44,862 nucleotides of DNA from a virus (IMGVR_UViG_3300049142_000086:1-44862), one strand, 5' to 3'; counted from the stretch's first letter, positions 19,030 to 28,106 are shown. Notes: generated from the sequence alone by a model not told the origin. Made by a program: numbers and translations.

Positions 19030-19767
19030 TCACGGGGCGATGCGTCCGTTGGCGTTGAAGGCGGCGTACGTGAGGGGCATGAGCCTGGCCCACTCGGCCT
19101 CCATCTTCTCGCCGACCATCTCGATCTCCCGCTGCGGGAAGGACGGAACCTTCGCCAGCTCGTGCTGGGTGCGCAGGCCGAGGAAGTGCATCAGCGACCG
19201 CGCGTTGCAGGTGGCGTAGCACGACGAGTACAGCCCCACTGGGAGCACGGCACGGGCGACCTCGCGTGCGATCCCGTCCTCAAGCATCTTCTGGTAGGCC
19301 GTATACGCCAGGCGGTAGCCGGCTGCCATCCGTCGTTTCGCTGACCGATGGAGGGATTCGTCGCCCTGCTCGAACTGGTACCGGCCAGGCCTGCCAACCT
19401 GGACCAGCTTGCGGTCCGGACCCGGCACGTAGAACACCGGCTGGAGTTCGCGGTACCTCCCGGACTCCTCGTTGTACGACCACCCGACCCTGTGGCGCAT
19501 CATCTCCCGGAAGACGAAGATCGGGGCACTGATCAGGAACGTCATCGAGTTGTGCTCGAACGGGCTTCCGTGCCGGTCCCGCATCAGGTAGTTGATCAGT
19601 CCCTTGGAGCGTTCCGGGTCCTTGTTCAGCTCGTCGAGGGACTGTTCGCCGAGCGTGGAGACCCGGGCCGCGAAGAGGACATCGGCGTCGGACGCGCTGT
19701 GCTTCACCAGCTCGACGGTGACGTCACTGCGGAAGACGGGCTCGGGTGTGGGCGCCTGGTCGGGCAT
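19030..19767 (-). CDS. thyX: FAD-dependent thymidylate synthase
   Basis: HGSPFEH, the RHR(x6)ESGRY ThyX motif, REVARAVLP and NARSLMHFL. Confidence 0.96.
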   Translation of the reverse strand: MPDQAPTPEPVFRSDVTVELVKHSASDADVLFAARVSTLGEQSLDELNKDPERSKGLINYLMRDRHGSPFEHNSMTFLISAPIFVFREMMRHRVGWSYNEESGRYRELQPVFYVPGPDRKLVQVGRPGRYQFEQGDESLHRSAKRRMAAGYRLAYTAYQKMLEDGIAREVARAVLPVGLYSSCYATCNARSLMHFLGLRTQHELAKVPSFPQREIEMVGEKMEAEWARLMPLTYAAFNANGRIAP

Positions 19768-19859
19768 GGGAAGGGCTCCGATCGAGGGGAAGGGGCGGTA
19801 CCTCCAGTGTCCCGGCGCCGCGGCGCGGTGTTCCCTCCGCACAGTCGTACGATGACAGC

Positions 19860-20051
19860 GTGAGCACCATCTCTGACAGACCTGTCCCGCCGGCCCCGGA
19901 GTGCGCCCCGTCGTACGTGGGGCCGTGTACGAAGTGCCAGCATCCGACGCACCGGTACGGGCCGGGCGGAAACCCGCTGTGTGTCCTGTGCCAGCGGGAG
20001 CTGGAGGAGTGGCGGGCATCCCAGGGGAAGGCATCGTCGGGCCGCGTCTAG
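19860..20051 (+). CDS. Small zinc-finger protein
   Basis: CTKC...CVLC; stops 9 nt before dcd; start uncertain. Confidence 0.55.
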   Translation: MSTISDRPVPPAPECAPSYVGPCTKCQHPTHRYGPGGNPLCVLCQRELEEWRASQGKASSGRV

Positions 20052-20060
20052 GCTTCTGAC

Positions 20061-20642
20061 GTGCTCCTTTCCGATAGAGACCTTCACGCAGCGATATCCG
20101 GCGGCCGACTGGGTCTGACGCCGTTCGATGAGGCGATGCTTCAGCCGGCGTCGATCGATGTCCGTCTCGACCGCGATTTCCTGGTCTTCGAGAACCACCG
20201 GCATGACTGCATCGACCCCGCGGTGGAGCAGGACGACCTGACACGACTGGTGGAGGTCGACGACGGGGAGGCGTTCGTGCTGCACCCGGGGGAGTTCGTG
20301 CTGGCGTCCACGTATGAGCGGGTGTGGCTGCCGGACGACCTGGCGGCGCGGCTGGAGGGGAAGTCGTCGCTGGGCCGCCTGGGGCTCATCACGCATTCCA
20401 CGGCGGGGTTCATCGACCCGGGCTTTGAGGGGCACATCACGCTGGAGCTCAGCAACCTCGCGACCTTGCCGATCAAGCTGTGGCCGGGGATGAAGGTGGG
20501 ACAGCTGGCCGTGTTCCAGATGAGCTCCCCGGCGGAGTATCCGTACGGGAGCGCGGTGCGCGGGTCCCGGTATCAGGGGCAGCGCGGGCCGACCGCGTCC
20601 CGGTCCTGGCGGAACTTCTACCGGACCGCCCTGCCATCCTGA
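20061..20642 (+). CDS. dcd: dCTP deaminase
   Basis: [34 protein letters not shown] and YQGQRGPT motifs. Confidence 0.96.
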   Translation: MLLSDRDLHAAISGGRLGLTPFDEAMLQPASIDVRLDRDFLVFENHRHDCIDPAVEQDDLTRLVEVDDGEAFVLHPGEFVLASTYERVWLPDDLAARLEGKSSLGRLGLITHSTAGFIDPGFEGHITLELSNLATLPIKLWPGMKVGQLAVFQMSSPAEYPYGSAVRGSRYQGQRGPTASRSWRNFYRTALPS

Positions 20643-20644
20643 CG

Positions 20645-20679
20645 CAGGAGGCCCCCCACCAGCGGTGGGGGGCCTCCTG
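20645..20679. terminator. Bidirectional terminator hairpin
   Basis: 16-bp perfect stem CAGGAGGCCCCCCACC / GGTGGGGGGCCTCCTG between convergent genes. Confidence 0.8.
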
Positions 20680-20688
20680 GTCTGGCTG

Positions 20689-20880
20689 CTAGTGCCGGTT
20701 CTCCCACCAGAAGAGGAGCAGGCTGACGGCACCGCTCCCAACGCCGTACGAGGCGCCGCGGATGATCTGGTGCTTTACCGTGCGGCCGTGTCGTGCGACC
20801 TTCTTCGCAGCCCAATCACGCGGGCGGCGAAGGACACGCAACAGTTGTTGCGCTAAGGTGGGGCTGTCGTCATCACTCAT
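20689..20880 (-). CDS. Small basic membrane peptide
   Basis: 63 aa, SD GAAAGG, C-terminal hydrophobic helix. Confidence 0.6.
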   Translation of the reverse strand: MSDDDSPTLAQQLLRVLRRPRDWAAKKVARHGRTVKHQIIRGASYGVGSGAVSLLLFWWENRH

Positions 20881-21269
20881 GACGGTGCGCCTTTCTGTTG
20901 TAGGTGGGCGCGCGCAGAGAGCCCTCCGGCTGTGGCCTCGGAACCGGCGCCGGGAAGCAGGGCTCTCTTTGCGTTGTCTGGGACCTTACTGGATAAGCGC
21001 TGAAGGGGTGTACTCCCGCCAGGCTTGGGCCAGTTCGGTGGTGTGGATCTCGGCCACGGCAAGCGTTCGTGCAGGTCACGGGGTTCGAGTAGATGCGAGT
21101 TGACGAGACATCACGCAATGTCAGCGAGTCCCCTCTTGATCGATCTCATCTGGTCTCAGCCCCTCTCAACAGCCTGTTTGCTAGTTGGCCGGTTCTCGTC
21201 CAGGCCCTGCGGTGGCACACGTTGCAGCGGTGGATTCCGCGAGCAGCGCGCCAGGTAGCCTGCATGACA

Positions 21270-21300
21270 GTGCCCCGCCTGCTTACCTCAGGCGGGGCAC
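21270..21300 (-). terminator. Terminator of the leftward operon
   Basis: 12-bp stem GTGCCCCGCCTG / CAGGCGGGGCAC. Confidence 0.7.
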
Positions 21301-21316
21301 CGTGGCGTTCAGGGCC

Positions 21317-21610
21317 TCACTTCTCGGCGGTCAGTTCGGCGCAGTAGAACGCGAACTTGAGGATGTAGTCGGTGTGGCCGACTGCCTGCCGTTCGACGCG
21401 CACGATGTCGGTGAGCGGAACGGGTGGGAGGCCACGTTCGGCGCGGAGTTCGTTGACCTTTTCGTGCATGCGGGTGCGCTCGTAGGTGGCCCATGCGCGC
21501 TCGGGTCCGTCGGGACCGTCTACGAGGTCGGGCCGCTGCTCCCGCTCTTGTTGTGCAGAGGTCAGGGTGGCGCGGAGGCAGTCGGTGGCCGCCTTCAGGC
21601 TGATTGTCAT
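21317..21610 (-). CDS. Hypothetical protein
   Basis: 97 aa, SD AAGGA, high GC3. Confidence 0.7.
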   Translation of the reverse strand: MTISLKAATDCLRATLTSAQQEREQRPDLVDGPDGPERAWATYERTRMHEKVNELRAERGLPPVPLTDIVRVERQAVGHTDYILKFAFYCAELTAEK

Positions 21611-21620
21611 GGTCGGGTCC

Positions 21621-21878
21621 TTACTTCTCGGTGGCGCGGTCGGCGGGCAGGTGGATGCGGCCGGCGTCGGTCAGCAGCAGCGGCTTCCGCAGGCGCTCCT
21701 CCGGCCCCCACTTGGCCCAGCCGTGCCGTACTAGGGCGGCAGCGGTGGGTGCGGTGATGCGTCCTCCGGGCGCGTGGACGGTTTTGTCGGCGAAGGCTCG
21801 GGTGCTGCGGTAGGCGCCGCCGTTGGCGAGCAGGGCGAGCGCGTCGGCCTGCGCCTTCGTCGGCTTCGAAGCGGCCAT
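21621..21878 (-). CDS. Small winged-helix-like protein
   Basis: PTKAQADAL...TAAALVRHGWA...LLLTDAGR pattern. Confidence 0.65.
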   Translation of the reverse strand: MAASKPTKAQADALALLANGGAYRSTRAFADKTVHAPGGRITAPTAAALVRHGWAKWGPEERLRKPLLLTDAGRIHLPADRATEK

Positions 21879-21889
21879 GGTCGGTGTCC

Positions 21890-22198
21890 TCAGTTCTCGT
21901 CGCGTCGGTGATGGCGGTTGACGTGGTTGTTGATGCTCTCGCGGGCGCCTCGATAGCCGCAGCCGTACGGGCACTCCTGCCAGAGTCCTTTGTCCACGGC
22001 GGCCTTGGTGACGGACTTCTCCGCCTCGGGGCCGTAGCCGTGTGCGTGGAGCATCTGGGCGACGGTGCCGCCGTGGTGGATGGCGAGGAACGCGGCCTCA
22101 GCGGTCTTGTCGTGGCCGGCGGCGAAGAACCGGCCGTAGCCGATCTCCTTGCCGCAGCCGCAGTAGCAGCGGCCGGTGGGCTGGGCGATGTCGCTCAC
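21890..22198 (-). CDS. Zinc-binding hypothetical protein
   Basis: CYCGCG...FFAAGHD and a C-terminal CxxxC...H...H. Confidence 0.7.
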   Translation of the reverse strand: MSDIAQPTGRCYCGCGKEIGYGRFFAAGHDKTAEAAFLAIHHGGTVAQMLHAHGYGPEAEKSVTKAAVDKGLWQECPYGCGYRGARESINNHVNRHHRRDEN

Positions 22199-22335
22199 TT
22201 GTCCTCCGTGACCATCGTGACGGTGGCGTCGTACGGAGCTTCGGTCTCGATGTAGTTCTCGATGTCCGCCCTGATCTGCTCGCCGCTGATGCCGGTTTCG
22301 ACTTCGAGGCTGATCGTGATGGTCTTCTTCGGCAT
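22195..22335 (-). CDS. Small acidic protein, first gene of the leftward operon
   Basis: 46 aa, SD GAGGG, GTGA overlap with the next gene. Confidence 0.6.
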   Translation of the reverse strand: MPKKTITISLEVETGISGEQIRADIENYIETEAPYDATVTMVTEDK

Positions 22336-22366
22336 GGTCTTCCCTCTCTTTTTCTGGTGTGCCGTC

Positions 22367-22412
22367 AGCTTACATACCCTTGGGTGGGCTTGGCAACCCT
22401 TGGATTCCAAGG
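22367..22412 (-). promoter_or_regulatory. Housekeeping-sigma-type promoter with an adjacent palindrome
   Basis: Minus-strand TTGCCA-N18-TAAGCT; the CCTTGGATTCCAAGG palindrome lies just upstream of the -35. Confidence 0.6.
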
Positions 22413-22592
22413 AATCGCCTTGGAGGTTGGCCCGCAGAAAAGCCGCCAGGACGCCCGAACTCGAAGCCGCCGGTATGAGCGGACGTCCGCGCCGCTCACA
22501 GGCCGTCAGACGCCCGCACAGCCAATCCGGACCCACCAGCGGCCCGGACATGCGCGGGGAACACCCCTCGCAGCCCGTGGGACCGTGACCTC

Positions 22593-22817
22593 ATGACCAC
22601 ACCAGAGCCCCAAATCTTCGGCTGGTGCCAGATCGGCGACGGCATCATCTTCAACGGCCAGCGCCAGGACTGCCCCGACATCCCCGTAGCCCGGATCACC
22701 CACTCTCACGGCGGCACGACGACACTGTGCCAGCAGCACCTGGACGGCTGGCTCGACAACGCCGACGACGACCCCAGCATCGAGCCGGCCGGGCTGGAGC
22801 TCCTCACGACATCGTGA
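22593..22817 (+). CDS. Hypothetical protein
   Basis: 74 aa with C...C...CxxH residues, high GC3. Confidence 0.6.
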   Translation: MTTPEPQIFGWCQIGDGIIFNGQRQDCPDIPVARITHSHGGTTTLCQQHLDGWLDNADDDPSIEPAGLELLTTS

Positions 22818-22915
22818 GTTGGAAGGCAACGGGGCGCCTGGCTCTAGGTAATGTTCCTTCAGACGACCGAGCGGACAAGGGGAGCGCGGCCAGCGATCCG
22901 TGGGACGGTAGGGGT

Positions 22916-23248
22916 ATGAGTCCCCAGGAACCTGCAAGCAAGCCGATCCCTCTGGACCCGGCCGTGATGGCGCAGCTCCGTGGCGCCCTCCATGACGCAT
23001 TCCGGCGCCCCGGTCCGACCTTCCGCGCCCGCCAGTACGGCAACCAGAAGCCGCCGGCGTGTCCGCGATGTCGGCAGCGGCCTTCTGTGGTGATGGACCA
23101 GACGGAGCTGCACGCTCCACCGGTGGTGACATTCAAACCATGCGGCCATACCTTCACCGTCAGCCTGGAGCGTAGCGCCCCGGCCTCCCGCCCCGGTTCG
23201 GTCGTGCTGAAGCCCGGCGAAAGGCTGATCCCGCTACGCCGCCCATGA
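22916..23248 (+). CDS. Zinc-ribbon hypothetical protein
   Basis: CPRC...PCGHTF. Confidence 0.55.
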   Translation: MSPQEPASKPIPLDPAVMAQLRGALHDAFRRPGPTFRARQYGNQKPPACPRCRQRPSVVMDQTELHAPPVVTFKPCGHTFTVSLERSAPASRPGSVVLKPGERLIPLRRP

Positions 23249-23315
23249 CAGGGATCACCTCACATGGCGTCGGATAACCTCTCCTTATCCGATACCACAT
23301 GAGGAGACGCATCCG

Positions 23316-23645
23316 ATGATCGAAGAACTCGCAGCCTTCCTCCGCGCCCGGTACTCCGAAGCGCGCACCAACGGACAGGCACTGTTGGATGCCCAACCCG
23401 CCGGATCACCGCTGGCGTCGGTCCTACCGGACTTCTTCGACCTGGCAGCAGAGCAGCAGCGGGACAAAGTGCGAGCGATGGTCGACCAGCTCAACGCCGA
23501 CCTGAACTCCAAGCTCGGCATCGTCGCCCTATGCGAGACAGAAACTGAGGAGACCGGCGGGCGCACTCTGGCACTTCGCACGCTACTCCTTCTCGTCCAA
23601 CCGTTCTCACAGCACCCCGACTACCGCAGCGAGTGGCGGCCGTGA
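23316..23645 (+). CDS. DUF6221-like protein
   Basis: Characteristic termini ELAAFLRAR...HPDYRSEWRP; SD GAGGAG. Confidence 0.75.
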   Translation: MIEELAAFLRARYSEARTNGQALLDAQPAGSPLASVLPDFFDLAAEQQRDKVRAMVDQLNADLNSKLGIVALCETETEETGGRTLALRTLLLLVQPFSQHPDYRSEWRP

Positions 23646-24703
23646 CCGAGCAGCTCCCCGCCGTCCCGGCCGAGCGCGCCGCCCTCATCCAGAAGTGGGC
23701 GGCCCGGCACGGCATCGACACCGCCCACCGCCTCGCCCAAGCCGAAGACCTCGCCGACGCCGTCCGTCGCGAAATCGCCGCGGAGAACACCGAAGACACC
23801 TACGCCAAAGCCTGGCGCGTCTGGGAACGCTTCACCAGCACCCAGAAGTTTCCCCTGCTCGAGGGCTCCCGCGGCTCCCTCGTCGCCTACGTCGCCTGGA
23901 TGCTCCGCCAAGGCCGCACCGACGGCCACGGCTACGCCCCCAGCTCCGCGTCCACCATCCTCGCCGGAACCGTCGTCGAACTCCGCCGCCGCGGCGTCAC
24001 CGTCACCCGAGACGACCAAGCCGAAGCACGCCGCTCCCTCGACGGCCTCGCCGTCAAGCTGCTGAAGAACAAGGAACGCCGCGGCCGCGGCAAAGCAGCC
24101 GCCGCCCAAGTCCCCGACCTCTACCGCGTCGTCCGCGCCTGCCCCGACACCCTCGCCGGCCACCGGGACAAAGCCCTCATCCTCACCAGCTTCCACTACG
24201 CCGCCCGCGCCCAGGACCCCGCCGGCCTGCTCGCACAAGACGTCACCCTTCACCCGCGCGGCCTGATCATCTCCATCCTCACTGGCAAGACCAAGCACAG
24301 CGTCCGCGACGCCAAAATCCTCTACCAGAAGGACCCAGAGATCTGCCCTGTCGAGGCGTGGAAGGCGTACCGGGAACGCCTGGCCGCCGAGGCCGACCCC
24401 AAGTGGTCGCAGCCGGACGCGCCCGCGTTCGTCGGCATCAACCGCTGGGACGCTGTTACCGGGGGCATGGTCCCCGACTCCGTCACCCGCGCCATCAAGC
24501 GCATCAGCGTCCGCGCCGGAGTCAAACTCGCCTGGACCGGCCACAGCCTCCGCATCGGCCACGCATCCACCGCCCGCAAGCAGGGCAAGGACGCTATCGT
24601 CATCGCCGACCAGGGCGGCTGGGCACGCCACTCACGCTCAATGAACGGCTACTTCCAGATCGAAGACGGCTGGGACGACAACTCCACCGCCGACCTCACG
24701 TAG
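23642..24703 (+). CDS. Cre-like tyrosine recombinase
   Basis: SAM-like N-domain; complete catalytic set R (YAAR), K (GKTK), HSLR, W (GGW), Y (MNGY). Confidence 0.9.
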   Translation: MTEQLPAVPAERAALIQKWAARHGIDTAHRLAQAEDLADAVRREIAAENTEDTYAKAWRVWERFTSTQKFPLLEGSRGSLVAYVAWMLRQGRTDGHGYAPSSASTILAGTVVELRRRGVTVTRDDQAEARRSLDGLAVKLLKNKERRGRGKAAAAQVPDLYRVVRACPDTLAGHRDKALILTSFHYAARAQDPAGLLAQDVTLHPRGLIISILTGKTKHSVRDAKILYQKDPEICPVEAWKAYRERLAAEADPKWSQPDAPAFVGINRWDAVTGGMVPDSVTRAIKRISVRAGVKLAWTGHSLRIGHASTARKQGKDAIVIADQGGWARHSRSMNGYFQIEDGWDDNSTADLT

Positions 24704-24902
24704 CAGCGGGGGTCCGGGTTGGCGTCTGCCCCCACCGGATCTTCTCCGCGGCTTCTTCCTCGTCGACCAGCAGCCGGCCTTCTCCGCGGCAGTCGTCGCA
24801 GCGGACCCAGCTCGGCCCTTCGGCCTCCACGCCGGTGAACACGGACCCTTCCCCGTCGCATTCATCGCAGGTGAACTCGTACTCGCCGGGCACCAATTCC
24901 AT
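24696..24902 (-). CDS. Small DnaJ-type zinc-finger protein
   Basis: Two CxxCxGxG motifs (CDECDGEG, CDDCRGEG). Confidence 0.7.
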   Translation of the reverse strand: MELVPGEYEFTCDECDGEGSVFTGVEAEGPSWVRCDDCRGEGRLLVDEEEAAEKIRWGQTPTRTPAAT

Positions 24903-24940
24903 TGCGCTAATCCCTCTCAGTGAACGGAGTGTGATCCTAC

Positions 24941-25795
24941 TCAGCCCGCTGGTGTGTCCCAGAATCCGGTGTGGGCGACAGCGTCCGCGGTCACCGGGGG
25001 CTGCCGGTTCGCCAGCAGGGGCTCGGTGGAGCAAATCTGCTGGATCAGCTTGTTCGGGTAGTCGCTGCCGATGGGCCGGCCGCCCTGGCCGATGATGAGG
25101 GCGTGGACGCCGTCGGCGGGGCGGATCCGGCGTGGCAGGTACGCCTTGAGCGCGGCCACCGTGAGCGGCTCGAGGACGTGCTTCTTGCCGACGGCCTCGT
25201 ATGCGTAGTCGGGGGCGCGGATCTCCCAGGTGCCATTGCCAAGGTCGTAGAGGTGGCGGATGTCGACGCGGGTGACTTCGGCGGGGCGGAGGCCCTCGAG
25301 GAGGAGGAATGCCACGAGGCGGTCGCGGAGGTAATGGCGGGCGTGGTCGGGGCCCCACATGCCGATGCAGTACAGCAGGACGGAGCGTTCCTGGGGGGTG
25401 AGGCGGCGTGGGGGGCGGGCGTCGCGGTCGACTCCGGAGCGGAGCATGGTGAGGTCGGGGACGAGTCGGATGGCGCCGTGGTCCCGGGCGGCTTCGTAGT
25501 ACTGGGTGATGGCGGTGATGCGCCGGTCGTGGGTGAGGGCCGCGGCGGGGTGGTGCTGGGCGATGTGCGCGAGGGCGGCGGGCCCGTCGAAGGGCCGGCC
25601 GTCGAGGTGGTCAGTGAGGTAGGTGCCGGCCCAGGCGGCGATGTGCTCGATGCCGCAGTTGTAGGGGTCGACCGGGGGGTGCTGGCGGTCGCACCAGGTG
25701 AGCCAGCGGGTGACTTCGCGCTGGTACTCGATGCGGCTGGAGGATCGCAGGGGTGCGGTGTCGAGCCAGGTGTCGAGGAGTGCGCGCGGGTCCAT
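24941..25795 (-). CDS. Tyrosine-recombinase-fold protein lacking the catalytic C-terminus
   Basis: SAM-like N-domain and RDRL...GLRPAEV box I are present. The HxxRH position reads ADAVAH, and the protein stops 9 residues later with no Tyr. Confidence 0.75.
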   Translation of the reverse strand: MDPRALLDTWLDTAPLRSSSRIEYQREVTRWLTWCDRQHPPVDPYNCGIEHIAAWAGTYLTDHLDGRPFDGPAALAHIAQHHPAAALTHDRRITAITQYYEAARDHGAIRLVPDLTMLRSGVDRDARPPRRLTPQERSVLLYCIGMWGPDHARHYLRDRLVAFLLLEGLRPAEVTRVDIRHLYDLGNGTWEIRAPDYAYEAVGKKHVLEPLTVAALKAYLPRRIRPADGVHALIIGQGGRPIGSDYPNKLIQQICSTEPLLANRQPPVTADAVAHTGFWDTPAG

Positions 25796-25834
25796 GGCCC
25801 ATATTCTGCCTGCCCGGAATCCTGGTTCAAGATC

Positions 25835-25955
25835 TTCCGTAAAACCTCGGGACCCTCCCACTAAGGGGAGGTCGCGGGCGCGAGGGGCCGGGCTGGCTCC
25901 GCGCTCCGTACCACGACGGGCAACAGGGGCTGAGGTTCCCCGAGGTTTTACGGAA
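25835..25955. repeat. 17-bp perfect inverted repeat with an 87-bp spacer
   Basis: TTCCGTAAAACCTCGGG (25835-25851) and CCCGAGGTTTTACGGAA (25939-25955), each flanked outside by GATC. Confidence 0.9.
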
Positions 25956-26110
25956 AGATCAGGTTCGGGTGGGGAGTGGTTCAGGGGACCCTGTGGCGCT
26001 GCGCCGGAACCCACGCTACGGCCGGGGCGGGCCCGCGTTCCCCCTGCAACGCCGCCGGCGCACTCCGAGGGTGAGGAGGGCGCCGGCGGGCAGCCTGAAG
26101 CAGAGGACGG

Positions 26111-26452
26111 TCAGTAGTCGGTGCCAGGGACAGCCTCACCCAACTGCTCGTCGTCCTGGCCCAGCGTCACGCACACGACGCACTCGTGGTCGAACTCCGT
26201 TGCCTCGTGGCACCGGCGGATCTGCTCAGCGGTGAACTGACTGCCCTCAACAGTCGTCCCGTCGTACTCGGGGCAGTCGGTGCGGTGGTAGTCAGCTTCG
26301 CTGGGGCATGTGCAGGAAGGCTGCGGGGCTGTTACTGCGAGGGCCGCGCAGCCGGGTTCGTGAGCGGCGGCGGCGCAGCAACGCGAGCAGTCGCAAGCTC
26401 CAGTGCGGATGATGAACGGGGGACGACACCGGTGATGGACGGGAAGGGGCAC
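26111..26452 (-). CDS. Cys/His-rich hypothetical protein
   Basis: Repeated CxC...H...C motifs; start uncertain. Confidence 0.45.
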   Translation of the reverse strand: MPLPVHHRCRPPFIIRTGACDCSRCCAAAAHEPGCAALAVTAPQPSCTCPSEADYHRTDCPEYDGTTVEGSQFTAEQIRRCHEATEFDHECVVCVTLGQDDEQLGEAVPGTDY

Positions 26453-26506
26453 GAAGGACTCCCGGGTAGCAGTGAAAGGGTATGGGGCCGCGGTTAGGCG
26501 GGCGGT

Positions 26507-26818
26507 TCAGGCAGTGTGGGCGGCAACGGTGTGCGCGAAGGCGGTGTCGTCGATGCGGGTATAGAGGGCAGCGTCCAGGATCACCTTGCGGGCGATCTCC
26601 TCCAGGCTGCCGTCCGTGCCCTGCGCGAGGTAGGCGAGGGCCTCGTACAGCGGCCCGTCCACGGTCAGCGTGAGCACCCGCCCGCCGTCTTCCTCGCTGC
26701 CCTCGGTGTGCGGGATGCCGCGGTCGGGAAGAACGGGCTCCCACACGCGGGAGGGAGATGCCTCCTCCTCGGCGGCAAGAGCGGCCAGGCCGGCACGGAT
26801 CGCGTCGGTGGCGTTCAT
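26507..26818 (-). CDS. Hypothetical protein with a C-terminal RHH-like segment
   Basis: SD GAAAGGA; RVLTLTVDGPLYEALAYLA...SLEEIARKVI. Confidence 0.65.
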   Translation of the reverse strand: MNATDAIRAGLAALAAEEEASPSRVWEPVLPDRGIPHTEGSEEDGGRVLTLTVDGPLYEALAYLAQGTDGSLEEIARKVILDAALYTRIDDTAFAHTVAAHTA

Positions 26819-26850
26819 GGTGTGGGGTCCTTTCATCGGGTACCTGCCGG

Positions 26851-27042
26851 TCACAGGCCGGGGATGGGTTCCTGGTCGACATCGTGCCGCTCGTGGCCGA
26901 CCCGGGCGTCCGGATCGCATTCGGGGCCCAAGCGCCGGCTGCGAGAGACCGGGTCTTTCAGTTCGGCGCCGCACTCGCGGCACCACACGCGGGTGCGGGC
27001 GCCGGGGTCGATGAGCAGCGTCTTCTGTTGTCTGCTGTCCAT
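26851..27042 (-). CDS. DUF6011-like zinc-finger protein
   Basis: CRECGAELKDPVS...LGPEC signature; SD GGAGG. Confidence 0.75.
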   Translation of the reverse strand: MDSRQQKTLLIDPGARTRVWCRECGAELKDPVSRSRRLGPECDPDARVGHERHDVDQEPIPGL

Positions 27043-27190
27043 GGGGATAGCTTCTCCCTCCAGGATCTAGCTCTTTCCCCAAGGGCTAGCCTTATGACGG
27101 GCCAATCGGTTACGCTGCGCGTGCGCAATGCGTGTGACCTTGAGGCCACCGACCCCAGTTCGGGGACGGTGGCCTTCGTCGTGTCCGGGG

Positions 27191-27466
27191 TCATGCGGTG
27201 CGCGCTGCGGCGGCGGCTTGCCGAACCTGCTGCACCGTGGGGATAGGGCTGAGGAAGCCGTTCGGCACAACCGCCTTCGTCACCGCCTGGACCAGTTCGG
27301 GGTGTCCGCTCGCCTGCCAAGCGGTGTGCCCGGGGCCATCGACGACAGCGCTCATCATGTTCGCCAGGGCCATGTGTCCGAAAGGTCTGTTGTGCCGTTC
27401 CATCCGGTCCGCCAGGGCGTCCAGTGCGTCGGGCAGGGAGGCGGGCGTCGTGTGGTAGGTCATCAC
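27191..27466 (-). CDS. Hypothetical protein
   Basis: 91 aa, SD AGGAG. Confidence 0.65.
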   Translation of the reverse strand: MMTYHTTPASLPDALDALADRMERHNRPFGHMALANMMSAVVDGPGHTAWQASGHPELVQAVTKAVVPNGFLSPIPTVQQVRQAAAAARTA

Positions 27467-27475
27467 GTGGTTCTC

Positions 27476-27874
27476 CTAGGCGGCGAGGCGGGTGTCGGTG
27501 CGCGTGAGGGGGCGGGTGGGGAGGTAGTCGCGGCCGAGTTCGCGGGCGATGAGCTGGGCTGCGCTACGGACCACGATGCCGCGCCCGGCGGGGGTTGTTG
27601 CCTCCGGCCGGTCCAGGACGAAGCCGATGCGGTGGCAGGTGTAGCTGATGATCCTGTCGACGAAGAAGGCGCGGGCGTCGCCGCGGAGGCGGCACATGGC
27701 GCGGACCTGGATGCGGCCGGCCTTGGTGGTGCGGATCTCGTAGGGCTCGATGGTGCGGATGGTCTCGGTGCCGTCGGTGTCGAGGTAGGTGATGGTGACG
27801 GCGTGCTGGCGGTCGATGGCGCGGTAGAGGTCGGTGAGGGTGCGGGTGGTGGTCTGGCGTGCGGTGAGCTTCAT
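27476..27874 (-). CDS. Stand-alone WYL-domain protein
   Basis: AIDRQHAVTITY...RTIEPYEI...AMCRLRGDARAFFVDRI matches the WYL consensus; no HTH or WCX domain. Confidence 0.85.
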   Translation of the reverse strand: MKLTARQTTTRTLTDLYRAIDRQHAVTITYLDTDGTETIRTIEPYEIRTTKAGRIQVRAMCRLRGDARAFFVDRIISYTCHRIGFVLDRPEATTPAGRGIVVRSAAQLIARELGRDYLPTRPLTRTDTRLAA

Positions 27875-27905
27875 GGTGGTGTCCCCCTTGCCGTGAACTA
27901 ACTCC

Positions 27906-27953
27906 ACTGTACCGCTCAAAGCATTGCAACACAATGCTCGAAGCGGCTATGGT
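27906..27953. promoter_or_regulatory. Back-to-back promoters overlapping a symmetric operator
   Basis: Operator CCGCT-N3-AGCATTG-N5-CAATGCT-N3-AGCGG; rightward promoter TTGCAA-N18-TATGGT, leftward TTGTGT-N17-TACAGT. Confidence 0.8.
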
Positions 27954-28106
27954 TGTGGTTGTTGGGGCGACCGCGCCTCAATCGACCGTGCCGAAAGCGG
28001 CATGGCGTCTCACTGCTCATTGGAGGAAACTGGCGTGGTACATGCCCCCACGCGCCGCCCCCCGACCTACTCGGCACGGCGGCGCCCACCGAAAGGACCC
28101 CGCCCC

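Noticed and set aside
21040-21110. GGGTTCGAGT resembling a tRNA T-loop
   Set aside because: No T-stem, acceptor stem or cloverleaf could be built around it.
24903-24990. ILGH motif in an alternative minus-strand frame at the end of the dead recombinase, suggesting a frameshift that restores box II
   Set aside because: It lies only about 3 codons after the degenerate HxxRH position instead of about 20, and no suitably placed Tyr follows, so it is probably coincidence.
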